From NCBI GenBank assembly GCA_038869175.1, contig JAWCRP010000001.1, positions 1 through 37,522 of the forward strand: a stretch of DNA of 37,522 bases. The letters run 5' to 3'. This stretch comes from Candidatus Nitrosotenuis sp. (lineage in GTDB: Archaea; Thermoproteota; Nitrososphaeria; Nitrososphaerales; Nitrosopumilaceae). The number at the start of each line of letters is the position of its first letter. Positions within the stretch are counted from its first letter, which is position 1. The notes below the pieces were generated by a model that ran no database searches, was not told where the DNA came from, and worked only from the letters and a program-made list of their open reading frames with translations. This document shows, piece by piece, positions 9,978-19,287 of the stretch. Both the position numbers and the translations under genes were made by a program.

Positions 9978-9993
9978 AATATAAAAACCCTGC
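9978..9993. promoter_or_regulatory. Overlapping divergent TATA region for rpoN (minus) and tRNA-Leu (plus)
   Basis: AATATAAAAACCCTGC lies in a 49-bp gap. The minus strand reads GCAGGGTTTTTATA about 24 nt upstream of the rpoN GTG; the plus strand has ATATAAA about 22-28 nt upstream of the tRNA. Confidence 0.6.
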
Positions 9994-10006
9994 ATGGAAG
10001 TTTACC

Positions 10007-10091
10007 GCGGGAGTTGCCAAGCCCGGCCAACGGCGCTAGCTTGAGGGGCTAGTATCTTAGGATTTCGTGGGTTCAAATCCCACTTCCCGCA
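10007..10091 (+). tRNA. tRNA-Leu (anticodon GAG), intronless, long variable arm
   Basis: Acceptor stem GCGGGAG/TTCCCGC plus discriminator A; anticodon stem CTAGC/GCTAG with loop TT-GAG-GG; T arm GTGGG-TTCAAAT-CCCAC; 85 nt. Confidence 0.95.
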
Positions 10092-10256
10092 CCTTTTAAG
10101 TCAAGCATGGTGCAACGGATCTGCTAATTATTCTAAAATGATCGTGATGTAATCTATGTTAATTATTTTGGAAGATTGCGGTATAACTCGCAAGGAGTTC
10201 ATATCTGATAGTAAACAATAATTCTACAATGATTCTTCATCTAGAAACAAGTTGTT

Positions 10257-10862
10257 TCATTTTTTATTCATGCTTTTTATCAGCTCAGAGCGTCTAATCT
10301 CCTCTGTAATTGCAATCCTTGTCTCCTCAACCAAAATCCTAGCAACGTCAAGCTTTTTTCTTGCCTCCTTGACGACCTTGTCAAAATGGGCAAACGGATA
10401 CAGCATCAAGTACATCTCCTCCATCACAGAAAAGATCTTTTGAGCTTCCTGCGCGTTACCGATTCTTATCTTATCGTATATGTTGCGCCTTAGCTCGCCT
10501 ATGCAGTCAAGCAAGCCAAGCACATATGCCTCCTCGCTGACCTTCAGATGCTCTGCTGCAGGAACTGCCTTTCCGCCAATTATTGCTAACAGGGCAGAGG
10601 CCTCTACAAACTCTTGCTCTGGCGTAACAAGATATCTGTGAAGGCCAGGGTCTGTCTGTTTTTTGTATTTTTGCAAGAGTCTTTGCGCCTCAACTGTCTT
10701 TTTTGCCGCAACCTTTTCGTTATTTCGGTGGCATTCTATTATTGCCTCGCTGCATAGATTGACAATCTGGCGAGTGTTCTTGAGCAAAAGCTCTCTATCA
10801 TCAAACGTCTTTTCCAGCACCTTTGATATCTTGGCCAGCGACGTCTTGGCGTTCTTGAGCAT
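10257..10862 (-). CDS. Translin/TRAX (C3PO) family protein
   Basis: DDRELLLKNTR, QEFVEA, YVLGLLDCIGELRR and RKKLDVAR motifs. Confidence 0.88.
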   Translation of the reverse strand: MLKNAKTSLAKISKVLEKTFDDRELLLKNTRQIVNLCSEAIIECHRNNEKVAAKKTVEAQRLLQKYKKQTDPGLHRYLVTPEQEFVEASALLAIIGGKAVPAAEHLKVSEEAYVLGLLDCIGELRRNIYDKIRIGNAQEAQKIFSVMEEMYLMLYPFAHFDKVVKEARKKLDVARILVEETRIAITEEIRRSELIKSMNKK

Positions 10863-10958
10863 ACCAAAAAATTACTTCACTAAGATAAGATACTTTCCAA
10901 TATGCGCGACTTGATACCATCCAATTAATTTAATTTGTGCAGGGTGCAACGTTCATTC

Positions 10959-11603
10959 ATGGAAATTTCGGTAAGTCAGATGTATCAGATAGAGGAAAAC
11001 GGCCACAAGATGGGCTTTCCAAGACAGCTTATGATGGAAAACGCAGGTGCCTCAATGGTCAAAAATCTAGTCAATCACTTTGGCGATCTTGCATCAAAAA
11101 AGGTGCTAATCTTTGCGGGTCTTGGCAATAACGGAGGCGATGCGCTTGTGGTTGCAAGACATCTTGCAGGGCATGGAAGTGACGTATCCGTAGTATTACT
11201 TGGGGATCCAAATGAGATCAAGACGGTGGAATGCAAGATGAACTGGGATGTGCTAAAAAAGATGAAGTCAGTAAAGATTCAAACTATTGATGATGCAAAA
11301 AATACAAAGCCTGACATTGTAATCGATGGAATACTTGGCACCGGCATATCGGGGGCAATACGTCAGCCTCACGCATCTGCAATCGATCTTATCAACAGTC
11401 TTTCCGCATTCAAGGTGGCAGTGGACGTTCCATCTGGAGTAAATCCCGACACTGGCCAGACTGCAGAAAAGTTCGTCAAGGCGGACATGACAGTAACATT
11501 TCACAAGATGAAACGGGGGATGCCAAAAAGACAGGATCTTTGCGGCAAAATATTTGTGGAAAAAATAGGCATTCCACCGGAAGCAGAGATGGGCGTCCTA
11601 TGA
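10959..11603 (+). CDS. nnrE: NAD(P)H-hydrate epimerase (YjeF N-terminal domain)
   Basis: LMMENAG, GLGNNGGDALVVARHL, IDGILGTG and VDVPSG motifs; start reassigned to ATG 10959. Confidence 0.93.
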   Translation: MEISVSQMYQIEENGHKMGFPRQLMMENAGASMVKNLVNHFGDLASKKVLIFAGLGNNGGDALVVARHLAGHGSDVSVVLLGDPNEIKTVECKMNWDVLKKMKSVKIQTIDDAKNTKPDIVIDGILGTGISGAIRQPHASAIDLINSLSAFKVAVDVPSGVNPDTGQTAEKFVKADMTVTFHKMKRGMPKRQDLCGKIFVEKIGIPPEAEMGVL

Positions 11604-12211
11604 AGGTACACCAAGTGGAGGTAGGAAATATGCAGAACTTTACCTATGTGGTAGAGGATGAGCAGACGCGCCAAGCCATAGTAATAGACCCGTCATGGGA
11701 TCTTGAAAAAATAAACGACATCATACAAAGAAACAACCTCTCAGTAAAGTACATCGTAAACACGCACTATCACTTTGATCACACGATTGGCAATGATGCG
11801 ATGGCAAAGCAAACTGGAGCAAAGATAATCCAGTACGCAACATCTGAAATCAAACACGACATCAAAGTATCCGACGGTGACAAAATAAAGTTTGGAAGCT
11901 CGGAGCTTTTAGTGGTGTACACGCCGGGCCACTCAAAGGACAGTATGTGCCTTGTCGGCGACGGAAAGATATTCTCAGGTGATACGCTATTTGTTGGAAC
12001 GTGTGGCAGGGTGGATCTTCCCGGTGGAAGCGCACGCGAGCTGTACTACAGCCTAGTCCACACGCTTCGAAAGATGGATGATAATCTGATAGTATATCCA
12101 GGTCACAACTACGGCCATGTGCCTATCTCGACTCTTGGGGAGCAAAAAAAGATGAACCTTGTAATGCAACCAAGGACGGAAGAAGAGTTTTTGGAGCTGA
12201 TGGGTCGGTAA
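11600..12211 (+). CDS. MBL-fold metallo-hydrolase (glyoxalase II-like)
   Basis: THYHFDH, TPGHS, FSGDTLF and YPGH motifs; ATGA overlap with nnrE sets the start at 11600. Confidence 0.92.
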   Translation: MKVHQVEVGNMQNFTYVVEDEQTRQAIVIDPSWDLEKINDIIQRNNLSVKYIVNTHYHFDHTIGNDAMAKQTGAKIIQYATSEIKHDIKVSDGDKIKFGSSELLVVYTPGHSKDSMCLVGDGKIFSGDTLFVGTCGRVDLPGGSARELYYSLVHTLRKMDDNLIVYPGHNYGHVPISTLGEQKKMNLVMQPRTEEEFLELMGR

Positions 12212-13273
12212 TTGCACAAAAACATTGACGTGCTTGTAGATCCAAACGGAACTAACTTTGTCCAAAGTCTGGAAAACAAGCACTTTCTATTCTCACTTGC
12301 AATCTCTTACACGGAGACATGTGTCATTCCAGGAATCACAATTGCCGGAAGAAATCCTGACCTGCTCCAGTATACGCCTCCTGCTGATGCAGAGTTTCTC
12401 AACTTTGGATACTGCAAGTGTGTAGATGCCGTCCCAATGTCTCCTGATGGCAAGCCAACACCAGGACTTCTCACAAAGACTGCGCTGGAAGCTGCCAGTA
12501 TACCAAACGTTGTGATTAACGCGGGAAGCAAAATTCTTCCAAATCTACCGTATTTTGAGACCGGCCTGCCGTATGGGAAAAACATCTCAATTGAGCCGGC
12601 CATGTCGCTTGATACGGTGTCTCGTGCAATAGAGTACGGCAGGATGATAGGACGCTGTCTTGGCTCGGCCACCGACTGCCTTGTCATCGGCGAGAGCATC
12701 CCTGGCGGCACCACGACGGCGCAGGCAGTCCTGTTGGGCCTTGGGTATGATGCCAGGGTGAGCAGCAGCATGGAACAAAATCCTACTTCACTAAAAACTA
12801 AAATCGCACTTGAAGCGCTCTCAAGGGCCGACAAGAGCAGTCCGTTTCATATTGTTGCAGCAGTAGGTGATCCAATGATACCGACGGTGGCAGGAGTACT
12901 TTCTACTGCATCGTCGCTGACCAAGGTGATACTGGCTGGCGGCACACAGATGGCAGCGGTGCTTGCATTTGCCAAAACTGCAGGATTCAACAAAGACAAC
13001 ACCGCAGTTGCCACAACATCGTACGTAATAGACGACAAGTCTGCCAATCTTGCAGATACAATACGCCAGATAGATAACATCCCAGTATTTGGGGTTCGAC
13101 TTGGACTTGACAAGTCCACAATAGACGGACTTAGGTCCTACTCGCAGGGATTTGTAAAGGAGGGGGTTGGAGCAGGCGGTGCATGGCTTGCAGCAATGCT
13201 CAAAATCGGAGTCGACACAGAGCGCCTAATGCATCTTTGCGAAATTCAGTACAAAGATTTTATTTTACGGTAA
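12212..13273 (+). CDS. cobT: Archaeal nicotinate-nucleotide--dimethylbenzimidazole phosphoribosyltransferase (cobamide lower-ligand activation)
   Basis: TPPADAE, PTPGLLT, GESIPGGTTTA, GDP, LAGGTQMAAV and VKEGVGAGG motifs. Confidence 0.88.
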   Translation: MHKNIDVLVDPNGTNFVQSLENKHFLFSLAISYTETCVIPGITIAGRNPDLLQYTPPADAEFLNFGYCKCVDAVPMSPDGKPTPGLLTKTALEAASIPNVVINAGSKILPNLPYFETGLPYGKNISIEPAMSLDTVSRAIEYGRMIGRCLGSATDCLVIGESIPGGTTTAQAVLLGLGYDARVSSSMEQNPTSLKTKIALEALSRADKSSPFHIVAAVGDPMIPTVAGVLSTASSLTKVILAGGTQMAAVLAFAKTAGFNKDNTAVATTSYVIDDKSANLADTIRQIDNIPVFGVRLGLDKSTIDGLRSYSQGFVKEGVGAGGAWLAAMLKIGVDTERLMHLCEIQYKDFILR

Positions 13274-15017
13274 CTGATTTGGCAAGATTTCTTGGATAGT
13301 CCGGATCGGCATTTTTTTCCACTGCCGAATAATATGCCAAAAGCTGTATCGGTATTATCTCAATTAGCGGGTAGAATACATCATCGATTGCTGGAATCGC
13401 TATCCAGTGATCGTACACGTCACTTGGCTTATCGGAGATTCCAATTATCTTTGCGCCGCGAGCCTTTATCTCGCGAGCACTGGTCAGCGTGTCGGCGTAG
13501 GTGTAGTCGTTTGGATTTATTATGATGACATATACGCTGGAATCCATGAGTGCAAGCGGCCCATGTTTTAGCTCGCCACCTGGAATTCCTTCCGCATGAA
13601 TGTATGTCAGCTCCTTTAATTTCAGAGCTGCCTCAGATGCAATTGGATAGTGGACTGCCCTTCCCAAAACATAAATGTCCTTTATTTCGCGCAACTCCTT
13701 TGCTATCTCCTTTATCTTGGCGTGATCTCCAAGTATCTTCGATACCGTGTCTGCCAACTTTTTTTCGTCCACCTTGATGCATCCATCGCATAGCTTTTCT
13801 GTTATCTTGTAGATGACGCTAAGCTGCGATGTAAAGCTCTTAGTTGCAGCAACTCCTATCTCAGGGCCGCAATTCATTCCTATCACAAGAGATGACTCTT
13901 GCGCAAGAGATGAGGTGAGTATGTTTACTATGGAGATTATCTTTGCATTCGATTTTTTGGCAATGTTGACTGCCTCAAGCACATCCGCACTTTCGCCACT
14001 CTGTGAGATTGCAACCAGTATGGAGTTTGATTCTATTGCATCTGGAGCAAAGAACAACTCACTTGACATTATCGGCTCCGACTTTATCTTGGCGTATTTT
14101 TGCCACAGGTGCTTTGCCACAAGCGCTGCATTGTAGCTAGTGCCGCTTCCGGTGATGTAGATGTTGGCAGCTCTCCTGACAAACTCGGTCGTACTATCTA
14201 TTGCATCGCGTGAGTTTTCGCCTGCGCGTGGTATCGTCTCTGGCTGCTCTGATATCTCTTTTAGTGTAAAATGTGCAAACTCTCCTTTGTATGCGTCGGC
14301 AAACTCCTTTGAGACCTTTGTAACTTGGTGCTTTACGGGATCCCCATCAAAACTGTATATTTGGACCCCAAGCCTGTCCAGCATGACAAACTCGCCATTA
14401 TCAAGATAGATGACATCATCGGTTTTTTCGATAAATCCTAAAACGTCGCTTGACAAAAAGTATCCGTTCTTTCCGATGCCAATTATTAACGGTTCATGAT
14501 ACTTGGCTGCCACAAGCATGCCGTTCTGAAACATTGCGACAAAGGCATAGTGGCCTTTCAGCTGCAAGACTGTCCTCATGACTGCTTTTTTCACATCCAA
14601 CATCTCGTCAAAGTTGAACTGCAAAAGATTGGCTATTACCTCGCTGTCTGTTTGGCTCTGGAACTTGTATCCGCGCTTTTCAAGATCTGCCTTTAGTTCT
14701 TCGTAATTCTCAATTATCCCGTTGTGCACTATTGCTATCTTGCCTGAGCTGCTAGGGTGCGGGTGTGCATTTGCGTCTGTGACGTTTCCATGTGTTGCCC
14801 ACCTTGTGTGGCCTATTCCTATGCTGCCTGGCATCTGATCAAGTTGCAGCTTGCTGTTTACGTCGGAGACCTTGCCTACTCCCTTTTTTACTACGATGTC
14901 GTCATTCTTTGTGGCAACTCCCACACTGTCGTATCCACGATATTCCATCCTCTTGAGGCCGCGCACAAGAATCGGCGCAGCAGAGCCGTCGCCATAATAC
15001 CCTATTATTGAACACAT
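13260..15017 (-). CDS. glmS: Glutamine--fructose-6-phosphate transaminase (isomerizing)
   Basis: N-terminal MC, EYRGYDS, GHTRWATHG, HNGIIEN, SQSGE, ELKHGP and C-terminal PRNLAKSVTV. Confidence 0.97.
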   Translation of the reverse strand: MCSIIGYYGDGSAAPILVRGLKRMEYRGYDSVGVATKNDDIVVKKGVGKVSDVNSKLQLDQMPGSIGIGHTRWATHGNVTDANAHPHPSSSGKIAIVHNGIIENYEELKADLEKRGYKFQSQTDSEVIANLLQFNFDEMLDVKKAVMRTVLQLKGHYAFVAMFQNGMLVAAKYHEPLIIGIGKNGYFLSSDVLGFIEKTDDVIYLDNGEFVMLDRLGVQIYSFDGDPVKHQVTKVSKEFADAYKGEFAHFTLKEISEQPETIPRAGENSRDAIDSTTEFVRRAANIYITGSGTSYNAALVAKHLWQKYAKIKSEPIMSSELFFAPDAIESNSILVAISQSGESADVLEAVNIAKKSNAKIISIVNILTSSLAQESSLVIGMNCGPEIGVAATKSFTSQLSVIYKITEKLCDGCIKVDEKKLADTVSKILGDHAKIKEIAKELREIKDIYVLGRAVHYPIASEAALKLKELTYIHAEGIPGGELKHGPLALMDSSVYVIIINPNDYTYADTLTSAREIKARGAKIIGISDKPSDVYDHWIAIPAIDDVFYPLIEIIPIQLLAYYSAVEKNADPDYPRNLAKSVTVK

Positions 15018-15052
15018 TGCTGATGTCGATCTGTATACTCTGCTAGATAAAA

Positions 15053-15640
15053 TTAACTTTGAATTTCTTCGTTTGCAGGCGCCGACTCTGATTGGCCTTC
15101 AATCGCGCCGCCTTCTACTGCAGGTGCCTCAGCTACGGGCTCTGCCTTGGCTTTTAGGTTTTCCAAAATTCTCTCTGAAAGGGTGATTCCATGTTCCTCA
15201 TCGGTAGTCACAATGTAGGAAGGTACGGTGATTATCTGATCGCCTATCTTGACATGGCCATGCACTATTGCCTGCCTTGCTTGGTATGGCGTCTTGAATG
15301 CAAATTTCTTTTGCACTATGGTCTGCAGTCTTCTTGCAAGCATGGTGTTGATGTCAAGGTTCAACACATCATCAAGTGTTGCACCGTCCTTTACAAGTCC
15401 GATCTTTACAAGCGATCTCATAAGAATTGGTTCCTTCTGCTCTCTTACCTCCTGCCTTAGCGCCAAAAGTGATCTTGCTTGGTGTCTTACACGTGACAGC
15501 TCAGTCCTTGCCTTCCATAACTCTCTTTTATTTTTCAGACCATAAGTTCCAAGCGTGTTCAGGTCTTCCATCATAAAGTCGTAGTTAAGTGGACGCTTTG
15601 GTTTTCTCCAGACTCGAGTCGGATATTTTGGATCTCCCAT
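15053..15640 (-). CDS. rps4: 30S ribosomal protein S4 (uS4) with an acidic C-terminal tail
   Basis: MGDPK, YGLKNKRELW, RRLQTIV and QARQAIVHGHV motifs. Confidence 0.97.
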   Translation of the reverse strand: MGDPKYPTRVWRKPKRPLNYDFMMEDLNTLGTYGLKNKRELWKARTELSRVRHQARSLLALRQEVREQKEPILMRSLVKIGLVKDGATLDDVLNLDINTMLARRLQTIVQKKFAFKTPYQARQAIVHGHVKIGDQIITVPSYIVTTDEEHGITLSERILENLKAKAEPVAEAPAVEGGAIEGQSESAPANEEIQS

Positions 15641-15649
15641 TCACTCCAC

Positions 15650-16237
15650 CTATTTCTTTGCCTTTGCATCAGCTGCTGGCTTTGCAGCTGCCGCTGGCTT
15701 TGCTGCTGCTGCAGGTGCCGCCGCTGCCGCCGGTGCTGCTGCTGCAGGTGCCGCCGCTGCCGCCGGTGCTGCTCCTGCAGGCATTACCTTGCCGCCCTTC
15801 TTTACTCCAACTGATGCTCCCTTTCTTCCTGTAGTGCGTGTTCGTTGTCCTCTGACCTTTAGGCCATACATGTGACGAAATCCTCGCCAACTGTTTACCT
15901 GCTTTTCACGCTCGATATCATTTCTAATTGTAAAATCAATATCTGATGTAATAAGATGAACTGTGTTTCCAGACTCCAAGTCGCGCCTCCTGTTAAGAAG
16001 CCATGCCGGAAAGTTGACAGACGTTGTGTCTTTTAGCGCCTTTTCAATCATCTCGACCTGAGAATCCGTAAGGAATCCGATGTTGCTGTTTGGATTCAAA
16101 TCAAGCGATCTTAGTAGGGCGTTTGCAAAATTCTGGCCTACTCCCTTTATGTGGGTCAGTCCTACCAGAAGCTTTCTGTCCCCTGGGATGTCTTTTCCTA
16201 CGATCCTAACAATGTGTCTATAGTCTTGTGCAGACAA
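15650..16237 (-). CDS. rps13: 30S ribosomal protein S13 (uS13) with an Ala/Pro/Lys C-terminal extension
   Basis: [20 protein letters not shown] and [21 protein letters not shown] motifs; TTG start. Confidence 0.97.
   Translation of the reverse strand: MSAQDYRHIVRIVGKDIPGDRKLLVGLTHIKGVGQNFANALLRSLDLNPNSNIGFLTDSQVEMIEKALKDTTSVNFPAWLLNRRRDLESGNTVHLITSDIDFTIRNDIEREKQVNSWRGFRHMYGLKVRGQRTRTTGRKGASVGVKKGGKVMPAGAAPAAAAAPAAAAPAAAAAPAAAAKPAAAAKPAADAKAKK
15701..15780. repeat. 33-bp perfect tandem repeat (2 copies plus a partial third) inside the rps13 3' end
   Basis: TGCTGCTGCTGCAGGTGCCGCCGCTGCCGCCGG at 15701-15733 and 15734-15766, followed by the partial TGCTGCTCCTGCAG. Confidence 0.9.
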
Positions 16238-16262
16238 GTATTGGAAGGTCGACCCAACCCCG

Positions 16263-16275
16263 ATAAAAACCCTGC
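16263..16275 (-). promoter_or_regulatory. Putative BRE/TATA promoter of rps13-rps4
   Basis: GCAGGGTTTTTAT lies 26 nt upstream of the rps13 TTG and is identical to the 13-mer upstream of rpoN. Confidence 0.65.
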
Positions 16276-16334
16276 TCAGCGGCTGCGAACAAACTTGCTA
16301 GTATTTTTAAGATAATTCCTCCAAGGTATGGTGC

Positions 16335-17963
16335 TTGACCGATCTTAAAGAATCAATCCGCAAAGTCTACTCCTCACAGCCCCAGTATGATGAAACCAAG
16401 GCAGGACTGCCTGAAAACTATTTGGAACTTAAGACAATCGGAGATCTTCTTGATGTAAATTACAAACTGCTTGACGCAAAAGAGCAGCTGCGGCGCAACC
16501 TCGTATTGCTGATGCGCTCTGGTGGAAAGAAATACCCTGGTATCATCGGGTATGATGATGATGTGATTCCTGCACTTGACAGAGCAATACTCTCAGGCCA
16601 CGACATATTTCTTGTCGGCCAGATAGGGCAGGCAAAGACAAAACTTGTGGAAACAATAGCAAAAAACCTCCTCTCGCCAATACCTGTAATTGAAGGAAGC
16701 ATAACAAACGATTGCCCGATGGATCTGCCTGCAGATGAACTTGCATCATTACTTGAGGGTAACGAGGTGGACCGAACATCGCCGAACTTTTACGTCAGCC
16801 CCGAGAGCGCAGAAAAGATACTTGATAACAAAATTGACACTAAAGTAAGATGGATAGATGGAATCAGGCGATTCAAGTACGTCCTTGCAACGCCTGACAT
16901 CTCAGTAAAGGACCTTGTTGGATATATTGATGCAATAAAAGTCGCAAAAAAGGGAGTGGAGATGTTCAAAATAGAATCATACTCTCCAGGACAGATACTT
17001 CAGGCAAAACACGGAATATTTTGCATTGATGAGCTTCCAGTATTGGATCCAAGAAAGCAGGTCGCACTCTTGTCGGTACTACAAGAAGGAAGATACACTA
17101 CGGGGGCGTATCCTGTAGTCTTTGAGCCAAAGACCGTCTTTTTTGCAACTGCAAATCCAATCGATTACACTCATGCAGGAAAGATAATAGAGCCTCTATA
17201 CGACCGACTAAAAAGTCACATACACACTCACTATCCAAAAACAATCGAAGATGAGATGGTCATAATACTGCAGGAGGCAAAGCTTCCATCCTGCCTTGTC
17301 CCGTATTTTGTTCTAAAGACACTTGCACGCATTGTGCACAAATCGCGCAACCATCCTGAGGTAAACCAGGCAAAGGGAGTCAGCGTCAGATTCGGAATCC
17401 ACGGACTGGAGATACTTGTGGGCGAGTCGGAAAGAACACGAGCAATTCCTCATAACACAGCTCCTGTCCTAAGACACTCTGATATGTACTGCCTCTTGCA
17501 GGTTGCCAAGTTTGAGCTCTCCGAGATTGATGATACGCTTGAAAACAGGCAGAAGGTGTTCTTGCAGGTACTTGAAGAGTCCGTCCGCCAAACATGTCTT
17601 GAATGCCTAAATGGAGTTGATGCTGCAACGTTGGATGCAATCAAGGCCGAGTTCGCAGGAAAGACGTTTTTGGCATCGCCCAAAACAGTCTGGCGCAACG
17701 GTGCGACCTCGTATGAACACCAGATTGCCTCATTCTCAAAGCTTGCCGATCTTGTGGCATCAAAGGTGGAGCAAATTCGTGCAGAACAACAAATCTTTCA
17801 AGGTGTGTTAAAAAACCACAACATAGACGCCTCAAGGGTTCGAGTTGACGAGGCTTTTGCAGACGAGCTCAAATCGTCCATTACGGAAACAATACTTGAT
17901 GGCCTGTGCTATGTGGAGCCAAAGGTACTTGATAAAAAAGAGTCATCCTATGTCGCATCGTAA
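16335..17963 (+). CDS. AAA+ ATPase, MoxR/ChlI-like clade
   Basis: Variant Walker A GQIGQAKT, Walker B CIDELP, sensor ATANP, YDRL and SVR motifs. Confidence 0.85.
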   Translation: MTDLKESIRKVYSSQPQYDETKAGLPENYLELKTIGDLLDVNYKLLDAKEQLRRNLVLLMRSGGKKYPGIIGYDDDVIPALDRAILSGHDIFLVGQIGQAKTKLVETIAKNLLSPIPVIEGSITNDCPMDLPADELASLLEGNEVDRTSPNFYVSPESAEKILDNKIDTKVRWIDGIRRFKYVLATPDISVKDLVGYIDAIKVAKKGVEMFKIESYSPGQILQAKHGIFCIDELPVLDPRKQVALLSVLQEGRYTTGAYPVVFEPKTVFFATANPIDYTHAGKIIEPLYDRLKSHIHTHYPKTIEDEMVIILQEAKLPSCLVPYFVLKTLARIVHKSRNHPEVNQAKGVSVRFGIHGLEILVGESERTRAIPHNTAPVLRHSDMYCLLQVAKFELSEIDDTLENRQKVFLQVLEESVRQTCLECLNGVDAATLDAIKAEFAGKTFLASPKTVWRNGATSYEHQIASFSKLADLVASKVEQIRAEQQIFQGVLKNHNIDASRVRVDEAFADELKSSITETILDGLCYVEPKVLDKKESSYVAS

Positions 17964-19281
17964 TCTGGTATATTTTGCATCGCAGAACGAAAAAAGAAAA
18001 AAACACGAGAGCACCGAGCCTGATCAAAAGACACTTGAGAAAATACTCGAGTCCCTTGCAGGACAGTCGATGAAAGAAAAGGCACCGACCATCGATGAGC
18101 TTGAGGGAATACTACAAAGCAGCATCAAGGCCGACTCTGATGCTGCAGATGCGACTCAATCGGATGAGGCCCCAAAATCCGATGATGCCCACTCAATAAC
18201 AAAGTTCCTGCTGGAGAGCGGCTACTTGAAAAACGAAAAGAACTGGCTTACGATGAAGGGATTTTTGGCAATAGGAAACAAGATACTTGGCGACATCATG
18301 GGCCAGCTGAAGACAGGCGACTTTGGACTGCACCAAACAAGATCGGTCGGCTCAGGAACGACGGTGCTTGATACTACAAAAAAATTTGAGATTGGAGATG
18401 AATTAAAGCTAGTAAGCGTTCCACATACAATCCTTAACACAATAAACCGGCTGACAAAGGAAGGCCGCAGCCTTGCATTCCCTCTTGCCGTAGACGTCGA
18501 CGACTTTGAGCAGCATGAGACGGTTGAGGACGTAAAGGCATCCGTTGTATACTGCATAGATCTCAGCTCTACGATGAAGTCGTCCCTTGCAGATTCTGGC
18601 ATGAGCCGTATCGAGGCTGCAAAGAAGGCACTCTGGGCCCTCTACATACTAAATCACCGATTCTTTCCAAATGATTCTGTTCACATTGTGGGATTTGCAT
18701 CGATGGCATCGGTGGTAAAGCCGCTGGACATTCCATTCCTAAAGACATATGATGCAAACGACGAGTTTCTGCACTATACCAACTACCAGGCCGCATTCAG
18801 ACTTGCAAGAAAGATACTCCAAAAGGATGCGACAGCAAACAAGAGAATTGTGATGATAACTGACGGCCAACCAAGTGCGTGCTTTGTTGACAACAACTCG
18901 CAAAAACAAAGCATACTCTCAGACAAGCCATACTCTAACTTTTACCAGCCAAATCCCGACCTTCTCTTAAAAATACAAGAGCAGAAAAACATGAAGATAG
19001 AAGACACTGCAAGCCTTGTCTACTTGTGCTACCGCTACAAGAAGATAGACCCAAAAATAGAGGAGCGAACACTGCTTGAGGCAAAAAAATGCAGGCGACA
19101 CAATATAGAGATCGACTCGATAGTGGTAAGCGAGGAGACGGAACTTTTAAGCTACGTACAGCAGATGGAAAAGGAACTGCGGGGCCGCACATATCACATC
19201 AGCCAGAACAACATGGACAAAGTACTTGTAGTAGACTATCTTTCCAACACAAAGCGAATATTAACTTCGCAAAACCTCTGA
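17950..19281 (+). CDS. von Willebrand factor A (vWA) domain protein
   Basis: MIDAS-like CIDLSSTM, TNYQAA and MITDGQP motifs; start reassigned to ATG 17950, overlapping the ATPase stop. Confidence 0.88.
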   Translation: MSHRNLVYFASQNEKRKKHESTEPDQKTLEKILESLAGQSMKEKAPTIDELEGILQSSIKADSDAADATQSDEAPKSDDAHSITKFLLESGYLKNEKNWLTMKGFLAIGNKILGDIMGQLKTGDFGLHQTRSVGSGTTVLDTTKKFEIGDELKLVSVPHTILNTINRLTKEGRSLAFPLAVDVDDFEQHETVEDVKASVVYCIDLSSTMKSSLADSGMSRIEAAKKALWALYILNHRFFPNDSVHIVGFASMASVVKPLDIPFLKTYDANDEFLHYTNYQAAFRLARKILQKDATANKRIVMITDGQPSACFVDNNSQKQSILSDKPYSNFYQPNPDLLLKIQEQKNMKIEDTASLVYLCYRYKKIDPKIEERTLLEAKKCRRHNIEIDSIVVSEETELLSYVQQMEKELRGRTYHISQNNMDKVLVVDYLSNTKRILTSQNL

Positions 19282-19287
19282 GATCAA

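Noticed and set aside
10007-10256. Integrated mobile element at tRNA-Leu
   Set aside because: I saw no integrase and no duplicated tRNA 3' end in the window, and the flanking genes are housekeeping.
15701-15780. CRISPR-like repeat
   Set aside because: The copies are directly adjacent with no spacers, lie in frame within rps13, and no cas genes are present.
16335-19281. Magnesium chelatase for chlorophyll synthesis
   Set aside because: There is no large chelatase subunit or photosynthesis gene in the window; the similarity reflects the AAA+/vWA superfamily only.
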